DNA of 24,000 nucleotides from Moorellaceae bacterium AZ2. GTDB taxonomy: Bacteria > Bacillota > DSM-521 > Neomoorellales > Neomoorellaceae. Of the stretch, positions 16,217 through 23,524 are shown piece after piece (position 1 is the first letter of the stretch; each line of letters begins with the position of its first letter). The translations under genes were made by a program, and so were the position numbers. The notes beneath the pieces are model-generated. The model was not told the origin of the DNA. It saw only the letters and a list, made by a program, of their open reading frames with translations, and ran no database searches. The stretch is from positions 8,023 to 32,022 of the forward strand of contig JAZHPA010000017.1 of assembly GCA_051024685.1 (NCBI GenBank). The letters run 5' to 3'.

Positions 16217-17090
16217 AGAGTTCCCCCAGTTGCAACTCATTCTTCAGAGCTTCATACTGTTCCACCGTAAGCACTTTGTAATGCCATTCCACCTTATTCT
16301 CGGCTAACGGGAGACCCTTCCCCTTTACCGTCAGGGCAATGATGGCCGTAGGTTTACCTTTTTCCAGAGGGGTCTCCCGGAGGGCCTCCAGCAGCGCCGC
16401 TACATCATGCCCCTCCACCGCCATGGCGCTCCACCCAAAGGCCTTCCATTTCTCTACCAAAGGTTCTAAACGGCTGATCTCTTCGGTAAAGCCGCCCAGT
16501 TGCAACTTATTTCGGTCAACGATTACCACCAGATTATCCAACTGATAACGAGCGGCGCTCATGGCCGCCTCCCAGTTGCTCCCTTCTTGCAACTCCCCGT
16601 CCCCGGTGAGGACGAACACCCGGTACTGGCGCCCGTCCAATCGCGCTCCCAGGGCCATGCCCATGCCCAGGGCTATGCCGTGGCCCAAAGAACCGGTATT
16701 AGCCTCCACCCCCGGCAGCTTCCTCTCCGGATGCCCGGCCAGCGGAGTATTATACCTGGAACAAAACTCTCCTAACCGCCGCCGATCAAAATAACCCGTT
16801 TGGGCCAATATGGAGTAGAGGGCCAGACACCCGTGCCCTTTGCTGAGGATAAATCTATCTCTATCGGGCCAATCGGGCTGTTGGGGATTATGCCGCATAA
16901 CCCCTTTATACAAAGTAGCTACAATCTCCGCTATGGAGAGAGCCGGAGCCAGATGCCCACAGCCCGCTCTGGTGCTCATCCAGATACTATCCTTCCTTAT
17001 TTGCCGGGCAGCCTGCTGAATTTCTCGGATCTGAAGATTGCTAACCTGGCTCACAGTTTTCTCGGCCTCCTGATTACCGAGGAAAAGCAA
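16197..17090 (-). CDS. Transketolase family, N-terminal (thiamine-diphosphate-binding) subunit.
   Basis: AGCGHLAPALSIAEI, ILSKGHGCLALY, GSLGHGIALGMGMA, and the TPP motif LTGDGELQEGSNWEA. Start is the TTG at 17090, or alternatively the GTG at 17054. Confidence 0.9.
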   Translation of the reverse strand: MLFLGNQEAEKTVSQVSNLQIREIQQAARQIRKDSIWMSTRAGCGHLAPALSIAEIVATLYKGVMRHNPQQPDWPDRDRFILSKGHGCLALYSILAQTGYFDRRRLGEFCSRYNTPLAGHPERKLPGVEANTGSLGHGIALGMGMALGARLDGRQYRVFVLTGDGELQEGSNWEAAMSAARYQLDNLVVIVDRNKLQLGGFTEEISRLEPLVEKWKAFGWSAMAVEGHDVAALLEALRETPLEKGKPTAIIALTVKGKGLPLAENKVEWHYKVLTVEQYEALKNELQLGELYDDCPA

Positions 17091-17195
17091 TTATATCTCC
17101 GTCTCTAAGCTATCCCCAGTCTTTATTCCAGGCCTGCCGGGCTATAGTTCGCCCGGTTGGGGCGCGCGCCCGGGTCTTACGCAGGCCACCCTAAC

Positions 17196-18398
17196 TTAGG
17201 TACTCATTATGCCCTGGGCATAGGATTCCAGATCCGTCATAGCCTTGGAAAACTGCTGGTAAGCAGTGACAAAAGGCTCCAAGGTCTCAAACTCTTCCTC
17301 GGGTATACCGTCTTCAAGATAAGCTCGGGCGAAGTAAGAAACCTGCAAAAGTTGCTCTAAAGCGGCCTGAGGCACCGGTTCCTCCATCCTCTTGGCCAGC
17401 GGCCGGTCGAAATAAAGCAGCAGGAAGGACTGGATGAGCTCGGGGTTCATGGTGTAGACCAAGTCCCCCCCGGCTAGATATTCTATATGCCATATATGCT
17501 GCCGCCCTTCTACCACCGGCCCCACCCTGCTGGAGGCTATAAGCAATTTGCTGGGATAACCCTGCTCCTTCAGCAAGCGACAGGCCTTTTTGGCGATGGC
17601 TATTCCTGCCCACCTTTTAAGTTCTTCAGTAAGCTGAATGCCCTTTTGCGCAGCCTGCTTCTGGAAAGTTTTAGCATCCTCGAATCTGCCAATCATAAAG
17701 GTGATAACCGAACGCCACCTGGAATAGTCGATGCCTAATTTCTCCCCCAGCTTCCGGCCCTCACTCACCGCGCGGGCTACCGCCATAATCTGCGGCAGAG
17801 TAAAGGAGAAAGTGGCGTTGGTAGGAACGCCCATAGCTGTAAGTAAGTACATGGCGGCCACTCCGGCCCGGGTAGCCGGGATCTTGATCATCATGTTGGC
17901 TTCTAGGTTCCACAGCTCCAGGGCTTGACGTACCATTCCCGGAGTGTCCTGGTACAGTCTAGGATCGACCTGAGCGCAAACGAAGCCGTAACGGTAGCCG
18001 GAACTCTCGAAAAGGGGAAGGTAGCGCCGCGCTCCCATCCGGGAAACCTCCTTATAAGCTTCCCAAGCGATCTCGCCCGCACTCAACGAAGGGCACCGGT
18101 GGTGTATCTCTTTCATTAGAGAAACTCCTTCATCCTTACAGTACTCAAATACCGCCTTGGTCAGGGGCGGATTGGTGGTAACTCCTTTGAATACCCAATC
18201 GCCCGGGTCGAGCTTTTTCTCCCACAATCTAGATAACTGGGCACGGAGTGGCTCCTTTAACTCCTCCGGAGCTGTCTCCAGAACTCTTGCGCACCAGGCT
18301 TCGTATATCAACGGATTGGAGTCCCACCACAGTTCTAGGGTTTCGCTCGTCCGAGCCAGTCTCTCCATAGCGCTTTCTCGATAACCGCCGTAACTCAA
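17196..18398 (-). CDS. Transaldolase-family protein, long form (400 aa).
   Basis: GVTTNPPL, and MIKIPATRAG with the Schiff-base lysine context, followed by GVPTNATFSFTLPQ. TTG start at 18398 with GGAGGAG 6 nt upstream. Confidence 0.8.
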   Translation of the reverse strand: MSYGGYRESAMERLARTSETLELWWDSNPLIYEAWCARVLETAPEELKEPLRAQLSRLWEKKLDPGDWVFKGVTTNPPLTKAVFEYCKDEGVSLMKEIHHRCPSLSAGEIAWEAYKEVSRMGARRYLPLFESSGYRYGFVCAQVDPRLYQDTPGMVRQALELWNLEANMMIKIPATRAGVAAMYLLTAMGVPTNATFSFTLPQIMAVARAVSEGRKLGEKLGIDYSRWRSVITFMIGRFEDAKTFQKQAAQKGIQLTEELKRWAGIAIAKKACRLLKEQGYPSKLLIASSRVGPVVEGRQHIWHIEYLAGGDLVYTMNPELIQSFLLLYFDRPLAKRMEEPVPQAALEQLLQVSYFARAYLEDGIPEEEFETLEPFVTAYQQFSKAMTDLESYAQGIMST

Positions 18399-18454
18399 GG
18401 AAATCTCCTCCCCCAGTTTTATTCCTTTTTAAGTCCGACTTTGCAATTTCCATG

Positions 18455-18500
18455 CCACAATTTACGGCTCTCGCTTTTAACGCAAGAGCCGTAAATGTGG
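18455..18500 (-). promoter_or_regulatory. Very stable 19-bp RNA hairpin in the leader or intercistronic region upstream of the transaldolase gene.
   Basis: Minus-strand RNA reads CCAC-AUUUACGGCUCU-UGC-[GUUAAAA]-GCG-AGAGCCGUAAAU-u-GUGG. One pair is a U-G wobble on the minus strand, which would be a C-A mismatch on the plus strand, so the fold favours the sense transcript. No U-tract follows. Confidence 0.5.
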
Positions 18501-18584
18501 CTGCCCAAGCTGTCTAGAAGAACACTCGATTTACTTACCCGATTTATTTAATCCTTATAATAATAATCCCCGAGATTGAGTTGA

Positions 18585-18597
18585 CTGCAATATTGCA
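18585..18597. promoter_or_regulatory. Perfect 12-bp palindrome TGCAATATTGCA, a candidate operator overlapping a weak -35-like TTGCAG.
   Basis: The palindrome was read directly at 18586-18597. On the minus strand, TTGCAG (18590-18585) is followed 19 nt later by TATTAT, which is suboptimal spacing. It lies 40 nt downstream of the membrane-protein stop and about 190 nt upstream of the transaldolase start. Confidence 0.3.
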
Positions 18598-18635
18598 TTG
18601 GACACTTGCACGCTTACCAACCAGCCCTCAGTATC

Positions 18636-19682
18636 TCAAGAGGCCCGGTCTAAAGAAGTCGTGGAAGCTTGAATCTCCTGTTTTCTGATGACCGATTCTT
18701 GATAAAGGCTATAGAGTATAGCCAGCGCAATAATAATCAGCGGTGTTATCAGCTTATCCGCATACAGGCCCACCGCTGGAACAATGGTGAAGAGGATGAA
18801 AGAAGTAACGCCTATGGTCATTCCCGGCGGGTCGACATGGCAGTCACCGAAACTATAGAAGAGTCGGGACATCCACTCGGCTATAAAGGCTCCGATCAGC
18901 GCGCCGGCCAGACCCCATAGCAAGCTACCCCCACTTTGCACCACCGCGTAGGAAGCGCATATCGAAATATGGTGAAATACGGGGATCTGGAGACCTGCCA
19001 GCATAAACACAAAGCTTCCTACTCCGATGGCGAATCCTACAAAAGGTGCTACTGCTTTGGTAGCCGGGTTTTGCAGCATTAAAAAAGTGGTATAGGCCGA
19101 CAACCCGCCTGCCGTGATGCTCAAGACGGTCATCTGAGAGGCTTTACATTGCCAGGGCAACCAGGCTTGCGGTGCAAATACGCTGAACCTGCCACCCAGT
19201 TTTTTGGTCTCTTCCGGGACCTTCCCGAAGGCCCTCTCCAACAGTCCTCCCTCTTCCGCATAAACTACCTTGGCGATAAGCGCTTGCAAAAATACAGTGG
19301 TGGCCACCGAATCCAGCATCCCTGGCATCGCTTTATTCAGACCGTAACGAATAAGGAAAGCTATTATCCCCCATATACCTCCTACCAAGATCACATCCGG
19401 TTTCCCCAAACTTATAAGTGGCTTAATGATATCCTTTCCCGACGGCATATAACCCTTCTTTCTGGCATAGGCTGCGGCGCAACAACCGCTACCAAAGGAA
19501 ATATCCGGCCCGAAATAGACTCCAAAAGGAATCAGACCTAACCAGTCAAAATTCACCCCGGCCATGCCGGAAACTATGCCGTATAAGGCACCGAAGCCCA
19601 CCCAAACAAAGGCTCCCAGCGCACCCAGGGCCGCGCCTAACCCGCCGCCACAGAAGGAGAAAAGCAGGGCTAACCAGTCCAT
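18636..19682 (-). CDS. Polytopic integral membrane protein of unknown family (348 aa). Candidate transporter for the cluster's substrate.
   Basis: Strong SD (AAGGAGGA-N8-ATG). At least 8 hydrophobic segments. The N-terminus is Gly-rich (FSFCGGGLGAALGALGAF), and there is a similar segment later (SGGSLLWGLAGALIGAF). Also present is the motif GDCHVDPPG. I recognise no signature of any known transporter family. Confidence 0.8.
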   Translation of the reverse strand: MDWLALLFSFCGGGLGAALGALGAFVWVGFGALYGIVSGMAGVNFDWLGLIPFGVYFGPDISFGSGCCAAAYARKKGYMPSGKDIIKPLISLGKPDVILVGGIWGIIAFLIRYGLNKAMPGMLDSVATTVFLQALIAKVVYAEEGGLLERAFGKVPEETKKLGGRFSVFAPQAWLPWQCKASQMTVLSITAGGLSAYTTFLMLQNPATKAVAPFVGFAIGVGSFVFMLAGLQIPVFHHISICASYAVVQSGGSLLWGLAGALIGAFIAEWMSRLFYSFGDCHVDPPGMTIGVTSFILFTIVPAVGLYADKLITPLIIIALAILYSLYQESVIRKQEIQASTTSLDRAS

Positions 19683-19738
19683 GAATTTGATCCTCCTTTA
19701 GGAGTTTTAGATAAAACTTTAGCAGTTATGAATAAGAA

Positions 19739-19769
19739 TTAAAATATTAACTTTATATTTTAATCTCAA
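19739..19769 (-). promoter_or_regulatory. Candidate promoter for the membrane-protein gene, with an overlapping AT-rich inverted repeat.
   Basis: Minus strand reads TTGAGA (19769-19764) - 17 nt - TATTTT (19746-19741). A perfect 9-bp inverted repeat, TTAAAATAT-N7-ATATTTTAA (19739-19763), covers the spacer and the -10. Confidence 0.3.
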
Positions 19770-19792
19770 TTTCAGATAGCCGATGCCATACT

Positions 19793-19824
19793 AAGGGTGC
19801 CAGGAAGGCGCTCCCGGCACCCTT
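19793..19824 (-). terminator. Stable hairpin 16 nt after the gldA stop. It could be a terminator lacking a U-tract or an mRNA 3'-end stabiliser.
   Basis: Minus-strand RNA reads AAGGGUGCC-G-GGA-[gcgccu]-UCC-U-GGCACCCUU. That gives 13 contiguous pairs including one G-U, which would be an A-C mismatch on the plus strand. The sequence that follows is AGUAUGGCAUCGG, which is not U-rich. Confidence 0.4.
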
Positions 19825-19839
19825 CTCTCCCACCTAGAA

Positions 19840-20958
19840 CTACACGATCGGTAACCCGGCCTTTACTCTCTTGCCCATGGCATCCGCAGTTATGACCGCA
19901 TCATAAACCATTTCTTCGGAAATGGGGAAAGCGTGGTTGTACATGATCTTGCCCGGCAGACAGGATAGCCTTACAGCCTCCATTAAGCGCTCAGGTCCCA
20001 CCTTATCGATATTGAGGTCCGCCAGTGTAATGGGAAGCCCCACTTTGTGAGAGAAACTATATACTTCATTCAGCACTTCCTTAGGCCGCTCTTCCATTAC
20101 CAGCTGCACCAGGGTTAAGAAAGCCACTTTCTCCCCGTGATAGAAAGCATGAATCTCTTCCAGCACGGTGAAACCGTCCTGCATGGAATGGGCCGCAGCC
20201 AAGCCTCCGCTCTCAAAGCCTATACCGCTGAGCAGTGTGTTGGCCTCCACCACCTTCTCCAGGGCCGGTGTAACCCTCTGTTGTTCACACGCGATCTTGG
20301 CCTGCAAGCCGTACTCTATGAGTATTTCATAACAGAGCCGGGCAATGGCCACTGCAGTGGCCGTTTGCTGACCGCCGGGCAAATTGGGAGCGCACGACCG
20401 CGAACAAGCATCCGCCTCAAACCAGGTCGCCAGGGCGTCGCCCATACCCGCTACCAGCAACCGCGGCGGGGCTTTGGCTATTATTTCCGTATCTACCAGC
20501 ACGAGATCGGGATTCCTTGGGGGGAAGTAAAATCTTACAAAGACTCCGTGTTCATCGTAGATTACGGACAGGCGACTGCACGGTGCGTCGGTCGAGGCAA
20601 TGGTTGGAACTATAACGGTCGGAAGTTTCAGTTCCCCCGCTACTACCTTGGCCGTATCGATAGATTTGCCGCCGCCGCTGGCCATGATCACATTGCAGCG
20701 CTCTTTCCTGGCTACCTCCATCAGACGGTTGATCTCGCTGTCACAGCATTCTCCGCCGAATACCTCTTCTACCTGGGTTATGCCCTTTTCCGCGAAACTC
20801 TTATTGCGACCCTCTCTGGTAACTGCCAGACCGGTTTTTCCCCCGATGACTAAAACCCGGTCCCCCAGAAGCGAAACATGTTCTCCGATTTCTTCAATGG
20901 CCCCGCGCCCCTGAACATACCTGCTGGGAGCAATGAGGACTCTTGTAAATTTGCCCAT
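19840..20958 (-). CDS. gldA: Glycerol dehydrogenase family (iron/zinc-dependent group III polyol dehydrogenase).
   Basis: SRYVQGRGAI, VIGGKT, MASGGGKSIDTAKV, VPTIASTDAPCS, GDALATWFEA, and HSMQDGFT...HGEKVAF. Confidence 0.9.
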   Translation of the reverse strand: MGKFTRVLIAPSRYVQGRGAIEEIGEHVSLLGDRVLVIGGKTGLAVTREGRNKSFAEKGITQVEEVFGGECCDSEINRLMEVARKERCNVIMASGGGKSIDTAKVVAGELKLPTVIVPTIASTDAPCSRLSVIYDEHGVFVRFYFPPRNPDLVLVDTEIIAKAPPRLLVAGMGDALATWFEADACSRSCAPNLPGGQQTATAVAIARLCYEILIEYGLQAKIACEQQRVTPALEKVVEANTLLSGIGFESGGLAAAHSMQDGFTVLEEIHAFYHGEKVAFLTLVQLVMEERPKEVLNEVYSFSHKVGLPITLADLNIDKVGPERLMEAVRLSCLPGKIMYNHAFPISEEMVYDAVITADAMGKRVKAGLPIV

Positions 20959-21111
20959 TGATCGCTTGCCTCCCTTAAAATTAATCTATGGAAATCATCT
21001 ATACCCTATGTTTCCTCCTACTGCGTACCCCTGTTCAATAAAGCTTGGACCCCGGAACCCTTGGGTTGCTTAATAGATACTTTTAACCTCCTTTCTCATG
21101 CTCTGAGTCAC

Positions 21112-21885
21112 CTAGTTGCCGTAAACATACCGTCCACCGTTTACGTCCAGCGTAATGCCGGTAATATACTTGGACTCCTCGGAGACCAGGAACAGCACGG
21201 TGCCAGCAATATCTTCGGGTTCGGCCAGGCGACCTAAAGGAATATTCTTAATCGCTTCCTCCACGGCTCCCTTAGGCGACTCTGGGTGATGCGCCAGAGG
21301 AGTATTGGTGAAACCCGGACACACAGTGTTAACCAAAATATTATCTTTAGCCCACCTTCTCGCCGCATATTTAGTCAGGCTTATTACCCCCCCTTTGGCA
21401 GCCGTATAGTGCGGTCCCCCGAAACTGCTGCCGCTCTTGGCCGAAGAGGAAGAGAATTGAACTATCCTGCCTCCGCCACTTGCTTTGAGGTACGGATATG
21501 CTTCCCTCAAGCAGTAAAAATATCCCGTTAAATCTACCTTAATGACCTGTTCCCACTCTTCGTCGGTGCACTCCTCAATGGGGCTGAATTTGATCAAGGC
21601 AGCCCCGTTAACCAGGATAGTCAACTTGCCTGCTTTTTCATAAACATACTTCATGGCTTCTCTGACCGATTGCGAATTGCTTATATCCATATGAACTACA
21701 AATGCCTCGCCGCCGTTTTCTCGGATCATAGCAACGGTTTCCTCATTTTCGGTGTCGTTGATATCCGCACACGCCACCACGGCCCCGTTCATGGCCAGTT
21801 TGTAGGCTACGGCCCGACCGATTCCGGAGGCCGCCCCCGTAACTACAGCCACATTCCCTGTTAACCTTTGGCTTTCTAAAGGCAT
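21112..21885 (-). CDS. Short-chain dehydrogenase/reductase (classical SDR).
   Basis: Cofactor motif VVTGAASGIGRA, then NGAA, catalytic YTAAK, and a PG motif (VCPGFTNTP). SD is GGGAGGAACAGGAG before the ATG. Confidence 0.9.
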   Translation of the reverse strand: MPLESQRLTGNVAVVTGAASGIGRAVAYKLAMNGAVVACADINDTENEETVAMIRENGGEAFVVHMDISNSQSVREAMKYVYEKAGKLTILVNGAALIKFSPIEECTDEEWEQVIKVDLTGYFYCLREAYPYLKASGGGRIVQFSSSSAKSGSSFGGPHYTAAKGGVISLTKYAARRWAKDNILVNTVCPGFTNTPLAHHPESPKGAVEEAIKNIPLGRLAEPEDIAGTVLFLVSEESKYITGITLDVNGGRYVYGN

Positions 21886-21906
21886 CTCCTGTTCCTCCCA
21901 CTTACC

Positions 21907-23484
21907 TCAGTATTTATTCTGATAAGTGCTGATGTCCGGGAACACTTTGTCCTTCAGAGCACGATAGGTTTCGCGGTAAATTTCAAAAAGCTCGTTATAA
22001 ATTTCTACGTTCCGCGCAACCGGTTCCCAACGCTTGTCGGGATGCACCATATGCTCTATAGCTTCATGGATGTTTTTATATATGCCCGCTCCGATGGCCG
22101 CACACATAGCGGCGCCCAGCGCCGTCGCTTCGCTCACCTTCACCGTCTCCACCGGCTTCCCGTAAATGTCGGCCTGAATCTGGTTCCACAGGGCCGAACG
22201 AGCGGCACCGCCGGTTACCCGGTATAGGGTAAACTCGGGCAAGCCGGCCTCGCCCAGGGCTTCCAGCATATCCCGCATCTCAAAACAGATACCTTCCATG
22301 GCCGCCCTGACCATGTCGGCCTTCGTATGGGCAAAGGTCATCCCGATAAAGGCCGCCCTGGCGTTAGCATCATAATAAGGACAGGCGGCGCCGGCCAGCC
22401 AGGGTAAATAAATTATTCCTCTAGCCCCCACGGGTGATTGAGCTGCTTCGGCCGTAAGCAGATCATAAGTGTCTGTCCCCACCAAGCCAGCTGCGGTCCT
22501 CTCCAAATGGCAGAAGGTGTTCCTGAACCACCGGAAGCTGCTGGCGGCTGCGCTGGCGTGTCCTTCCATCTCCCAATGCCGGGTACCGCAATGCCCCAGT
22601 ATGTGCATCTTTTCTTTTGGGTGCCGTACCGGTTTATCCGAATATGCAATGCAAAGGCCGGCCGTCCCCAGACATACATAGGCCATACCAGGTCGGGCCA
22701 CTCCAACGCCCACCGTGCCGCACTGCTGGTCCCCGCAACCCACCACTACGGGAGTGCCCGCGGCCAGACCGGTTTTTTCAGCTACGGCGGGCGTTACCTT
22801 CCCTACTACCGTCCCCGGATCCACGTTGCGGGGATATTTCTCTAAATCCACCTCAAAAATCTTCGCCAGCTCGGGTTCATATTCAAAGGTATCGGCGTTG
22901 ACGATCTGCCACCAACCGGCATCAGCAAGATTTCCGTAATAATCTTCCCCGCCGAAGGCCTTCACCAGTAATTCTTGGGGCATAATAAGCTTGTAAGTCC
23001 TATCATACAGCTCGGGATAGTGCTTCTTAAACCAGTACACCTTGGAGGAAGGCCATACTACACCTAGAGGAAAGCCTGTGATGCGATACAAGTCTGACTC
23101 GGTCATGCCTCTTTCCGCGAGCTTTTCCCGCATCCAGGGCAGCATTTCCGCCCCTCTTATGTCCTGCCATACAAAGATGGGATGTAGAAAATTCCCATCT
23201 TTGTCTACCGGAACAAACGTAGAACGCATGTTGGTAAAACTTATGGCGGCGATGTCCCCCGGATCGATATCGGCCTTGGCTATGGCCTCCCGCGTAGATT
23301 GATAGGCCAGAGCTATCACGTCTTCGGCGCGCTGTTCTACCCAGCCCGGCCGGGGATATTGAGTAGGTGTCTCGTGATAGGAGCTGGCGATCTCGTTTCC
23401 GTGAATATCAAAGATTACGCAACGTACCCCCGTGGTGCCGGCATCCACCCCAACCAAGTACTTGCTCCTTCCCTTTAGGGCCAT
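21907..23484 (-). CDS. FGGY-family carbohydrate kinase (xylulokinase / glycerol kinase-like).
   Basis: N-terminal VGVDAGTTGVRCVIFD, central GCGDQQCGTVG, and C-terminal VTGGAARSALWNQIQADIYGKPV. Preferred start is the ATG at 23484 (MALKGRSKY), preceded by GGGAGGAG. The track ORF starts at 23517. Confidence 0.9.
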   Translation of the reverse strand: MALKGRSKYLVGVDAGTTGVRCVIFDIHGNEIASSYHETPTQYPRPGWVEQRAEDVIALAYQSTREAIAKADIDPGDIAAISFTNMRSTFVPVDKDGNFLHPIFVWQDIRGAEMLPWMREKLAERGMTESDLYRITGFPLGVVWPSSKVYWFKKHYPELYDRTYKLIMPQELLVKAFGGEDYYGNLADAGWWQIVNADTFEYEPELAKIFEVDLEKYPRNVDPGTVVGKVTPAVAEKTGLAAGTPVVVGCGDQQCGTVGVGVARPGMAYVCLGTAGLCIAYSDKPVRHPKEKMHILGHCGTRHWEMEGHASAAASSFRWFRNTFCHLERTAAGLVGTDTYDLLTAEAAQSPVGARGIIYLPWLAGAACPYYDANARAAFIGMTFAHTKADMVRAAMEGICFEMRDMLEALGEAGLPEFTLYRVTGGAARSALWNQIQADIYGKPVETVKVSEATALGAAMCAAIGAGIYKNIHEAIEHMVHPDKRWEPVARNVEIYNELFEIYRETYRALKDKVFPDISTYQNKY

Positions 23485-23524
23485 CCTATCTCTCCTCCCA
23501 GGGGCACTTCCCCACATGGAAACT

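Noticed and set aside
17137-17174. A cluster of GC palindromes between the transaldolase and transketolase genes: CCGGGC-N8-GCCCGG and the perfect 12-mer GGGCGCGCGCCC.
   Set aside because: No U-tract or promoter context is present. Short GC-only palindromes arise easily at this composition. It is probably just intercistronic secondary structure, and I saw no second copy in the window to suggest a repeat family.
18604-18619. A cre-like (CcpA) half-site, CGCTTACC, in TTGCACGCTTACC.
   Set aside because: Only the right half fits the TGWAANCGNTNWCA consensus. The left half fails on either strand.
19695-19708. A small CUCC-uaaa-GGAG hairpin overlapping the SD of the membrane-protein gene, considered as an RBS-sequestering switch.
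   Set aside because: The stem is only 4-5 bp, which is too weak to be meaningful, especially in a likely thermophile.
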